A stretch of DNA of 64,000 nucleotides from Ilumatobacteraceae bacterium (GTDB taxonomy: Bacteria > Actinomycetota > Acidimicrobiia > Acidimicrobiales > Ilumatobacteraceae). Positions 7,802 through 16,298 of this stretch are shown in pieces. The notes below the pieces were generated by a model. It was not told where the DNA came from. It did not search any database and saw only the letters and a program-made list of their open reading frames with translations. Where the stretch lies: contig DAIODP010000001.1 of assembly GCA_036746695.1 (NCBI GenBank), positions 1,642,787 to 1,706,786 of the forward strand, written 5' to 3'. The position numbers were made by a program, and so were the translations under genes. Each line of letters starts with the position of its first letter. The stretch's first letter is position 1.

Positions 7802-10642
7802 ATGCCCGTCAATCTCGGAGCTGAATCGGATGATGCTATTGATGCTCTCATTAACACGTGGAGCGTCTGGGAAAGTTATGAGACTTATTACCTTGATGAA
7901 CTAATACCTACAATTATCAACGAATACCCAAACAACGAGAAACTTACGCTTGTAGAAACCGCCCTAGTAGCAAAAATCAAAGGAGTGTTGACAAATGAGC
8001 AGTGGTTAAATCTGAGGGAATTAGTCAGTGCGAGGATCCAATACAAGCGAAATAAGATTGTTCGTGAAGAACAGCAAATTCGTGCTGAAAAAGAACAGCG
8101 CGAGAAGGACGAAGTGAGGCTGCTGGAGAAGGAGAGAGTAAAACTAGAAGAGTTGGAGTTGGAAGAGAGGAATAAAAGAAATCATCTTAAAGAATATACA
8201 GAATTCTGCAAAAATCTAGATTCACAACTCAATGATCAATACATGGAGACATTAACGATTCTGCAAAATTTCGTAGATCAAAAAGTCGTTAAACAATCCG
8301 AAGTTGATGCGCTTGTGTCAAGATTTGTTCAAAATTGGTCACGAGCAAACCTGAGCATTTCACTCGATAAGCAGCAAGCACTAGCTGTCGGTGAAATAGG
8401 CGGGGATATCCGATTGACCGCAAGGGCAGGAAGTGGGAAGACTACAACTCTTGTTACTCGAGCAGTATTTCTCATTCAACATTGCAGATTTGAACCCAAA
8501 TCAATTTTGCTTCTTGCATTTAACAGAAAAGCTGCTGAAGAAATGCAAAAACGAATCAAGGAATATCTTGGCGATCAAAGTCCATATGTCATGACTTTTC
8601 ACGCGCTTGCCTATGCACTGGTGCATCCAACAGAGGAAATCATGATGGATGTTGGAAACTCAAAGACATTAAGCCGCTTCGTTTCGGAGATTGTTGATCA
8701 AAAGATTCGACATCCAGTTATGTTTATGCGAATTCGCTCATTCATGCTGCGGTATTTTCGAGATGAGTGGAATGCGAGAATTGAAGCTGGGTACAACCTT
8801 GAAAAAGACGAATTTTTGAAAATGAAACGAAACCAACCATCGGAAACACTGAATGGGGAATACGTAAAGTCATTTGGCGAACGCTTAATTGCTAATACTC
8901 TCTTTGAAAATAACATTGAATACCGGTATGAGATGAATTTTTTCTTGAATGGCAAGCCCTATCATCCAGATTTTACAATTAGTTTTCCTAACGGGGGTGG
9001 GATCATTCTCGAATATTTTGGTATGTCTGGAGACAAAGATTATGACAAAACTTCTGAAGATAAGCGGAAGTATTGGAAGCGCCAGGCCAAATGGAAACTA
9101 ATTGAGAGAAACCAATTTGATATTCATCAAGGCGACAACGAGTCTTTTTGTTCTGGATTAGTGGATGAACTCAAAACTTTAGGAGTCAGAACGAGAAAGT
9201 TATCAGATGATGAAATTTGGAGCCGAATAAGCAAGAGAGCAATAACCCACTTTGACGAACTATCTAAGTCCTTTGTTGCTCAAGCGAGGAAGGCACAACT
9301 CTCTGGTGATGGGCTGACGGAACTGATTAGTAGGCACCAAACTGATTCTGATGTGGAAGAGAAATTTCTAACGATACAGAAATCTATTTTTTCATCATAC
9401 TTGAGTGAGCTTGAGAAAAATCACGTTGACGATTTTGACGGGTTGATGCAAAAGTCAATTGGCTTAGTAAACAGCGGATCAACTATTTTTTCGCGTATTA
9501 AGGAAACACAAGTTGGTGACTTATCTGATCTTCGATTTATCATGATCGATGAATTCCAGGATATTTCTCCAATGTTCTATGACCTAGTTAATGCTGCTAG
9601 ACAGAAATCCGAAGATCTTGAATTCTTCTGTGTGGGAGATAACTGGCAGGCAATTAATTCATTCGCTGGTTCGGATCTTGTCTATTTCGAACGATTTGAG
9701 AATTACTTCAGACAGATCAAGCAACTGGAGATATCAACTAATTATCGATCAGCAAAAACAGTCGTGAAACTAGGTAATTGCATAATGCAAGGCAAGGGAT
9801 CTCATGCTCTGCCACATCAAGATGAAAGTGGGTCAATCGCGATTTTTGATCTTCAAGATTTTCAAGTATCGGGAATTGAGAAGGAAGAACATGGCGGGGA
9901 TGTGATTACACCGGCACTTTTAAGGATTTTAAGTACATTGTTGCAAAGAAATAGCAATAATAAAGTTGTATTACTGAGTCGAAGCAATTCGGTCCCTTAT
10001 TTTGTTCGTTACAAAGAATCTACAGTTACGATAGATCAGGGTCTAGAGAAATTTCTCAAACATTTGAAGAGCTATTTGTCTATAGAAGATTCTTCAAGGG
10101 TGTCTATTTCTACAGCGCATGGATACAAAGGTCTTGAAAACGACGCAGTGATCATAATGGACGCTATTGAACGACGGTATCCACTTATTCATCCAGACTG
10201 GAGGTTCAATCAAGTGTTTGGAAGCAGTATGGAGAAGATCATTGAAGAAGAACGGCGTCTTTTTTACGTTGCAGCTACGCGATCAAAGGAATTGACTTAC
10301 ATTATTACGTCAAGCGATCAACCCAGTGATTTTCTATCTTGCTTGAGACATCTTCCTGAATTGGAACACATTTCGTTGTCTGAATTGCCATATAGTCCTG
10401 TTGGCAAAATAGATCACCATGTAATTCGAGTGTTTAATTCGTACTCAATAAAAGAAGAGCTGAAAACCGACGGATATCGTTGGGATCCGACAACAAAATC
10501 CTGGTACAAGCAAGTTCCCAAAGCTGCGTTTTCAATAAAAGAAATCCAAATGAAAGATTGGAATAGCGGAAAATTCAATATCAAGGTTTACTCAGATAAC
10601 TTTGAATTGTTTTGGGAGCAGATCGCGAGCAGTTCCACTTGA
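7802..10642 (+). CDS. UvrD/Rep-type SF1 helicase with N-terminal coiled coil, internal PD-(D/E)xK/Vsr-like insert and a small C-terminal domain
   Basis: Motif I ARAGSGKTT, Ia LLLAFNRKAAEEM, II IMIDEFQD, III VGDNWQAINSFAG, V/VI TAHGYKGLEND / FYVAATRSKE. The insert reads SFGERLIANTLFENNIEYRYE...YHPDFTISFPNGGGIILEYFG. The C-terminus reads DGYRWDPTTKSWYKQV. Confidence 0.8.
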   Translation: MPVNLGAESDDAIDALINTWSVWESYETYYLDELIPTIINEYPNNEKLTLVETALVAKIKGVLTNEQWLNLRELVSARIQYKRNKIVREEQQIRAEKEQREKDEVRLLEKERVKLEELELEERNKRNHLKEYTEFCKNLDSQLNDQYMETLTILQNFVDQKVVKQSEVDALVSRFVQNWSRANLSISLDKQQALAVGEIGGDIRLTARAGSGKTTTLVTRAVFLIQHCRFEPKSILLLAFNRKAAEEMQKRIKEYLGDQSPYVMTFHALAYALVHPTEEIMMDVGNSKTLSRFVSEIVDQKIRHPVMFMRIRSFMLRYFRDEWNARIEAGYNLEKDEFLKMKRNQPSETLNGEYVKSFGERLIANTLFENNIEYRYEMNFFLNGKPYHPDFTISFPNGGGIILEYFGMSGDKDYDKTSEDKRKYWKRQAKWKLIERNQFDIHQGDNESFCSGLVDELKTLGVRTRKLSDDEIWSRISKRAITHFDELSKSFVAQARKAQLSGDGLTELISRHQTDSDVEEKFLTIQKSIFSSYLSELEKNHVDDFDGLMQKSIGLVNSGSTIFSRIKETQVGDLSDLRFIMIDEFQDISPMFYDLVNAARQKSEDLEFFCVGDNWQAINSFAGSDLVYFERFENYFRQIKQLEISTNYRSAKTVVKLGNCIMQGKGSHALPHQDESGSIAIFDLQDFQVSGIEKEEHGGDVITPALLRILSTLLQRNSNNKVVLLSRSNSVPYFVRYKESTVTIDQGLEKFLKHLKSYLSIEDSSRVSISTAHGYKGLENDAVIIMDAIERRYPLIHPDWRFNQVFGSSMEKIIEEERRLFYVAATRSKELTYIITSSDQPSDFLSCLRHLPELEHISLSELPYSPVGKIDHHVIRVFNSYSIKEELKTDGYRWDPTTKSWYKQVPKAAFSIKEIQMKDWNSGKFNIKVYSDNFELFWEQIASSST

Positions 10643-11085
10643 TTAAAGTCGTTTTCGACAAAACTGTTTGGCCAATTGAACAACTTGATTTCATGGTCCC
10701 ATAACAAGCGAGCCATTGCTGCTCCGAAAGACGGATTCCTAAGCCAGAGTTTGTATGTTTAATTGAGGCGGGGGCGCCAAAGAAATAGAGGTGAATGCTT
10801 TAACTGACTTTGTTTGAAGCCTTGACGTATGCCCAACTTTTCACATCTGTTCTCAAGCATCCGTGTGTTGGTCATTTGTCACGACGGTGCGTTGAATAGA
10901 CAATCCATCATGCTGACAGGGTGCCAGTTGGCTAGATACCGTGAGTTCTTTGTTTCTAGCACGCGATCCAACATCCGCAAGCCCTGATGGAACCAGAAAG
11001 CACCCGTTGGACCCCTAAATTAGAGGTATGCCACTTTCAAACTCTGGGTTTGTGGCTTGCTCTTGGGGTTGTGTGCAATCCTTGA

Positions 11086-12276
11086 GTGATGAAGAGCTTT
11101 AAATTTGATGATCTCACTACGTCACCCCTTGTAATTGATGCCATCTACGAAGGTGGGACTATCGGAAACTTGAAGTCCGAAGTCATAAGCAAAGTGCTCT
11201 CGGTTGAGAACGACAGAGGTGAAGTTCTGAAAGTTCACACGACTGGGGGGTTTCGTTATCGGGGGTCACTACCTAGTCCGCTTGTTGTTGCACTTACGTC
11301 AAACTCAAGCGAGCCAGCCTGGCCAGACTCAATAAATCCGTTCACGGGGCAATTGACCTATTTCGGTGATAATCGAAGCCCAGGCGAACTTCATGACACA
11401 CATCTTGGAGGTAACCAAATCCTCGCGGACTCTTTCGCTCGTTATGGAGATGGGAGTAAAGCCAGAGAATCTCTGCCAGTTTTCTTTTACTTCACGAAAT
11501 GGAGTGGCTTCAGTCAACAGTTTCGAGGCCTAGTTGTGCCGGGTGGAATCGGTGTGACATCGGATGATCAACTCAGTGCGATTTGGAGAACCAAGAGTGG
11601 TTCTCGGTTTCAGAACTACAGGGCCATCTTCACTGTTCTCAATATTCCTGAAATATCACGTCAGTGGATATCGGACCTAATGCTCGGTAAAGACAAGCTG
11701 ATCAATGCTCCTGAAAACTATAGGCGGTGGGTGGCATCTGGAAGATATGAACCACTCGTGTCCGAAAACGTCGTTCAAGTTCGTACCAAACAGGAACAAC
11801 TCCCACAGGACGAGGCAGGGTTTAAACTCATCGCACACATTCATAGTCGCTTTGAAGATAAACCGCATGATTTTGAACCAGTGGCGCTTGCGCTTTGGGG
11901 GTTGCTCAGCAAGTTACCGATGGATGCAGAAGTTACGCGTCAAGCGGTGGATGGAGGTCGTGATGCCTTCGGGGTTGTGCGCATTGGACCAACTAGTGAT
12001 CCCCTCAGGTTGGATTTTGCGCTTGAAGCAAAGTGTTATGCGTTAAAGAATTCAGTCGGAGTAAAAGAGACCAGCCGATTGATAAGTAGATTACGTCGCC
12101 ATCACTTTGGTGTACTTGTCACAACTTCGTATATCGGGAATCAGGCTTACGAAGAGATTCGTGAAGATGGCCACCCCGTGGTTTTGATGACGGGCGGAGA
12201 TATCGCTAACGTCCTGCAAGCGAACGGACATGATACCGAGAAAAAACTTGACGACTGGATCAACACAATCGTTTAG
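11086..12276 (+). CDS. Mrr/MspJI-like modification-dependent (type IV) restriction endonuclease (putative)
   Basis: The C-terminal catalytic core is GGRDAFG-x-LDFALEAKCY, which gives D-X20-EAK spacing as in the MspJI/AspBHI family D-X20-(Q/E)AK, followed by GVLVTTSYIG. The ~250-aa N-terminal domain is unassigned. Confidence 0.55.
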   Translation: MMKSFKFDDLTTSPLVIDAIYEGGTIGNLKSEVISKVLSVENDRGEVLKVHTTGGFRYRGSLPSPLVVALTSNSSEPAWPDSINPFTGQLTYFGDNRSPGELHDTHLGGNQILADSFARYGDGSKARESLPVFFYFTKWSGFSQQFRGLVVPGGIGVTSDDQLSAIWRTKSGSRFQNYRAIFTVLNIPEISRQWISDLMLGKDKLINAPENYRRWVASGRYEPLVSENVVQVRTKQEQLPQDEAGFKLIAHIHSRFEDKPHDFEPVALALWGLLSKLPMDAEVTRQAVDGGRDAFGVVRIGPTSDPLRLDFALEAKCYALKNSVGVKETSRLISRLRRHHFGVLVTTSYIGNQAYEEIREDGHPVVLMTGGDIANVLQANGHDTEKKLDDWINTIV

Positions 12277-12409
12277 TTGGTTGCGCAGGTCTTTGGGGTT
12301 TCATAAATCACAAATGTGTCAACTGAACCACCAAAATCAAAAATTCAATTACAGCGAGCCATTGAAGCGCTTACATAACGGTGTCCTAAAATTCATGTTT
12401 AAAGAGTGC

Positions 12410-14200
12410 TTAATTTAGCGAACTCTCCAGAGCATCTAGCGCAGTTGCAAGTTCGCTTGGCAGGCGGTCACCGAAGGCGGCGTAGTGGTCGCGGATTTGG
12501 GGGACGGCCTCGCGCCAGCCCGGGACGTCCACCGAGGTGATGGCCTCGAGATCTTGGGCGTTGATGTGGAGGCCGTTTGTATCGAGGGAGTCGGTGGTGG
12601 GGAGGTAGCCGATGGGGGTTTGTTTTGCTTCGGCGGTGCCGTTGAGGCGGTCGAAGACCCATTTGAGGACACGGCTGTTTTCGCCGTAGCCCGGCCACAT
12701 GAAGTTGCCCGCTTCGTCGCGGCGGAACCAGTTGACGAAGAAGATTTGGGGGAGTTTTTCTTTATCGGTCTTTGTTCCTACTTGGAGCCAATGCTTGAAG
12801 TAGTCGGCCATGTTGTAGCCGCAGAAGGGGAGCATGGCCATTGGGTCGAAGCGGAGCTTGCCGACAGTGCCGCCGGCGGCGGCGGTGGTTTCGGAGGCCA
12901 TGATGGAGCCGAGGAAGACACCGTGGTTCCAGTCGAAGGCTTGGGTCACGAGTGGGACAGTGGTGCGGCGGCGGCCACCGAAGAGGATTGCAGAGATGGG
13001 GACGCCATTTGGGTCTTGCCATTCGGGGGCAATGCTGGGGCACTGGCTGGCGGGGGTGGTGAAGCGTGCGTTGGGGTGGGCTGCGGGTGCTTCGTTGTCT
13101 TTTGTCCAGGCGTTGTTCTTCCAGTCGGTGATTCCGGATGGAGTTTCCTTGGTCATGCCTTCCCACCAGACGTCGCCTTCAGATGTGAGGGCGGTGTTGG
13201 TGAAGATGGAGTTGCCCCACATGGTGCGCATGGCGTTGAGGTTTGTTTCGTCGCTGGTGAAGGGGGCGACGCCGAAGAAGCCGGCCTCGGGGTTGATGGC
13301 GTAGAGCTGGCCGTCGGGGCCGTACTTCATCCAGCAGATGTCGTCACCAATGGTTTCGGCTTTCCAGCCTGGGATGGTTGGGACGAGCATGGCGAGGTTG
13401 GTTTTGCCGCAGGCGGATGGGAATGCGGCGGCGATGTATTTGGATTCGTTTTGTGGGTTGGTGAGTTTGAGAATGAGCATGTGCTCGGCGAGCCAGCCGT
13501 TGTCGCGGGCCATGACGGAAGCAATGCGAAGAGCGAAACACTTTTTGCCGAGGAGGGCGTTGCCGCCGTAGCCGGAACCGAAGCTTTGGATTTCGCGGGT
13601 TTCGGGGAAGTGCACGATGTATTTGTTGTCGGGGTTGCATGGCCAGGAGACATCTTTTTGGCCGGGTGCAAGTGGGGCGCCGACGGAGTGCACGCAGGGA
13701 ACCCACTGATTGTTGCCGAGGGCATCGAGTGCGCCTTGGCCCATGCGGGTCATGATTCGCATGCTGACGGCAACGTAGGCGCTGTCGGTGAGTTGCACGC
13801 CGATGTGTGCGATGGGGGAACCGAGTGGGCCCATGCTGAAGGGGACGACGTACATCATGCGGCCGCGCATGGCGCCGGTGTAGAGCTTCTTCATTTCGGC
13901 GCGCATCTCGTTGGGGTCGCGCCAGTTGTTGTTGGGGCCTGCATCGATTTGGTTTGTTGAGCAGATGTAGGTGCGGTCTTCAACGCGGGCGACATCGCCC
14001 GGATCGGAGTGTGCCCAATAGGAGTTGGGGCGTGTGGATTCGTTCAGTTTGGTGAAGGTGCCTGCAAGGACCAAGTCTTCGCAGAGATCGTTGTATTCCT
14101 TTTCGCTGCCGTCGCACCAGTAGACGTCGTCGGGCTGCAAGATGTCGGCCCAATCGTTTACCCATTGTTTAAGTGCTGCGTTTTGTGTTTTGCCGCTCAT
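12410..14200 (-). CDS. pckG: Phosphoenolpyruvate carboxykinase (GTP)
   Basis: 596-aa ORF with typical GTP-PEPCK length and motifs ([10 protein letters not shown]-loop, [17 protein letters not shown]). Confidence 0.93.
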   Translation of the reverse strand: MSGKTQNAALKQWVNDWADILQPDDVYWCDGSEKEYNDLCEDLVLAGTFTKLNESTRPNSYWAHSDPGDVARVEDRTYICSTNQIDAGPNNNWRDPNEMRAEMKKLYTGAMRGRMMYVVPFSMGPLGSPIAHIGVQLTDSAYVAVSMRIMTRMGQGALDALGNNQWVPCVHSVGAPLAPGQKDVSWPCNPDNKYIVHFPETREIQSFGSGYGGNALLGKKCFALRIASVMARDNGWLAEHMLILKLTNPQNESKYIAAAFPSACGKTNLAMLVPTIPGWKAETIGDDICWMKYGPDGQLYAINPEAGFFGVAPFTSDETNLNAMRTMWGNSIFTNTALTSEGDVWWEGMTKETPSGITDWKNNAWTKDNEAPAAHPNARFTTPASQCPSIAPEWQDPNGVPISAILFGGRRRTTVPLVTQAFDWNHGVFLGSIMASETTAAAGGTVGKLRFDPMAMLPFCGYNMADYFKHWLQVGTKTDKEKLPQIFFVNWFRRDEAGNFMWPGYGENSRVLKWVFDRLNGTAEAKQTPIGYLPTTDSLDTNGLHINAQDLEAITSVDVPGWREAVPQIRDHYAAFGDRLPSELATALDALESSLN

Positions 14201-14202
14201 GG

Positions 14203-14436
14203 TTAGTAGCCCGGAGTTTTCATGTCGATTTCGGAGCCAAGGCTGAGCTGTGTTGCTTGCTTGTTGGCATTGAGTTGGAAGATGACGCGTTGGCCTTGGC
14301 GAAGCATGCGAAAGATGGAGCCGTCGAGGGCGTTTGGTGCAAGTTCATAATCGTTCATGTCGGAGTCGCACATGATGACGCCATCACCACTTGTTGGGTC
14401 GTAGGCCTTGACTACACCTTGCATTGCTGCCTCCAT
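14203..14436 (-). CDS. Small cold-shock-domain-like protein
   Basis: 77 aa counted from ATG 14436 ([24 protein letters not shown]...). The GxVKxYDxxxGxGxI pattern resembles the CSD N-terminus. The longer 132-aa ORF start was rejected. Confidence 0.5.
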   Translation of the reverse strand: MEAAMQGVVKAYDPTSGDGVIMCDSDMNDYELAPNALDGSIFRMLRQGQRVIFQLNANKQATQLSLGSEIDMKTPGY

Positions 14437-14600
14437 TTGGCCTGCCGGTTGGCTGGCTTTTTGTCTGTCTGAAATTGTGTCAGAAAGGAGGGGCTGGAGA
14501 CATATTGACAGGGGCGATTTGGGGGTATATCTGGGAAGGTGATGACAGCCATCACACGGCCCGATCTTGGCTGGGGGCGCCGATTCTGTACGATTTGTCA

Positions 14601-16286
14601 ATGCCCGTACTCGAGCAATTTGGGGCTGACGCCTTACGTGAAACGGTGATCACCTTTCGTGACACCATGCGCGCGCACCAAGAGGGCATCAACCGACTGA
14701 ACGTGTACCCAGTGCCCGATGGCGACACGGGCACCAACATGACCCGCACGTTGGATGCGGTGGTGGCCGAGCTTGAAGGGGCCGACGCGGGGTTGGAGAC
14801 AACATGCGAGGCAATTAGCCACGGGTCGTTGATGGGGGCGCGTGGAAATAGTGGTGTGATCCTGAGCCAGATTTTGCGGGGGCTTGCAGCAACGATGCGC
14901 ACGAACACGCCGCCAACGGCAACCAAGTTGGCCGATGCGTTGAAGGCAGCAAGTGTTGCTGCATACGAAGCGGTGTTGAAACCGATTGAAGGAACGATTT
15001 TGACGGTGGTGCGCGAGACGGCCGATGCGGCGCAACGTGCGGCGCACGATGGTGCAACGTTGGCAGCAATGTTGCATGTGGCGCGGGCAGCGGGGCGCAC
15101 AGCGCTTGCCAACACGCCAGAGCAATTGCCGGTGTTGAAGGATGCGGGCGTTGTTGATGCGGGTGGTGCGGGGTTCTTGTTGTTGATGGACTCGGCGTTG
15201 CATGTGGTGGACGGCGAGCCGTTGCCGGAGCCTGAAGATGTTGCGGGGCCAACGTCGGAACAGTTGGAGCGCGTGATGCAGCGTGCGGCAAACGATGGCG
15301 TGGTGGACGTGAGCGAGTTGCGTTACGAAGTGATGTTCTTGTTGAACATTGAAGACGCGAAGTCGAAAGCGTTTATGGAGGCGTGGGGCAAGATTGGCGA
15401 CTCGATCGTGGTGGTTGGTGGCGACGGGCTATACAACTGCCACGTGCACACCAACGACATTGGTGCGGCAATTGAGGCGCCGTTGGAGTTGGGTGGAAAG
15501 CCGTTCAAGATTCGCGTAACGGATTTGTTTGAAGAAGTTGCCGAAGAGCATGCGCAACGCGAAGCCGAGTTGGGTGTAGAGCACACAGCGCCGGTGCGAA
15601 GGCCGGCAGTGAAGCAACTGCCGCCAGTGAACTGCGCGGTGGTGGCGGTGTGTAGTGGCGACGGGTTGGCCGAGTTGTTTGGGCAGATGAATGTGCAAGG
15701 TGTGGTGACAGGTGGGCAAACAATGAACCCATCGACAGCCGAGTTGTTGGACGCTGTTGAACACATGAATGCGCAGCAAGTGGTGATCTTGCCGAACAAC
15801 AAGAACATCATTCCTGTTGCTAATCAGATCAATGCACTGACGAAGAAAGATGTGCGCGTGGTGCCAACGTGCTCTATGGCCGAGGCTTTGGCGGCGTTGG
15901 TGTTTTACGACCCAGAGGCTGATGCGGCAGTGAACGCTGAGGCGATGACGGGTGCGGCCGAGGCGGTTGCGACGGGTGAAATCACGCAGGCAGTGCGCGA
16001 CACGAACACCGATGTGGGGCCAGTGAAGAATGGCGACTGGATTGGTTTGGTGCGCGGCGACGGCGTGGTTGCGGTGGGCGGCACGATGGTGGCTGCAACA
16101 ACGCAATTGCTGGACGCGTTGATAACGCCGGGGCGCGAGTTATTGACCATGATTACGGGCGACTTGGCAACATCACGACAGATTGAAGAAGTGATTGCGT
16201 ACTTGTCGGAGAATCACCCCGATGTAGAAGTTGAAGTGCATGCAGGCGGGCAACCGCTGTACCCATTTTTGTTTGGTGTTGAATAA
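14601..16286 (+). CDS. DAK2 domain fusion protein YloV
   Basis: Starts at ATG 14601 (MPVLEQFGADALRE...). It has DGDTGTNM and a DAK2-type N-terminus, and sits in the conserved position upstream of recG. Confidence 0.85.
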   Translation: MPVLEQFGADALRETVITFRDTMRAHQEGINRLNVYPVPDGDTGTNMTRTLDAVVAELEGADAGLETTCEAISHGSLMGARGNSGVILSQILRGLAATMRTNTPPTATKLADALKAASVAAYEAVLKPIEGTILTVVRETADAAQRAAHDGATLAAMLHVARAAGRTALANTPEQLPVLKDAGVVDAGGAGFLLLMDSALHVVDGEPLPEPEDVAGPTSEQLERVMQRAANDGVVDVSELRYEVMFLLNIEDAKSKAFMEAWGKIGDSIVVVGGDGLYNCHVHTNDIGAAIEAPLELGGKPFKIRVTDLFEEVAEEHAQREAELGVEHTAPVRRPAVKQLPPVNCAVVAVCSGDGLAELFGQMNVQGVVTGGQTMNPSTAELLDAVEHMNAQQVVILPNNKNIIPVANQINALTKKDVRVVPTCSMAEALAALVFYDPEADAAVNAEAMTGAAEAVATGEITQAVRDTNTDVGPVKNGDWIGLVRGDGVVAVGGTMVAATTQLLDALITPGRELLTMITGDLATSRQIEEVIAYLSENHPDVEVEVHAGGQPLYPFLFGVE

Positions 16287-16298
16287 ACGAGGCGGGGC

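Noticed and set aside
10643-11085. 443-nt non-coding gap inside the island, examined for repeats or structured RNA
   Set aside because: I could see no convincing inverted or direct repeats, tRNA-like motifs or conserved ORF by eye.
12436-13960. Many ORFs overlapping pckG (for example 12485-13960 +, 491 aa; 13327-13725 -; 12762-13166 -)
   Set aside because: They are alternative-frame or antisense readings of a clearly recognisable GTP-PEPCK gene. Their Gly/Ala/Arg/Pro-rich composition is typical of high-GC shadow ORFs.
14424-14600. Upstream 59 codons of the YloV ORF, and the 132-aa version of 14203-14601
   Set aside because: The two extensions overlap each other divergently. Conserved sequence starts at ATG 14601 (YloV) and ATG 14436 (small CSD-like protein).
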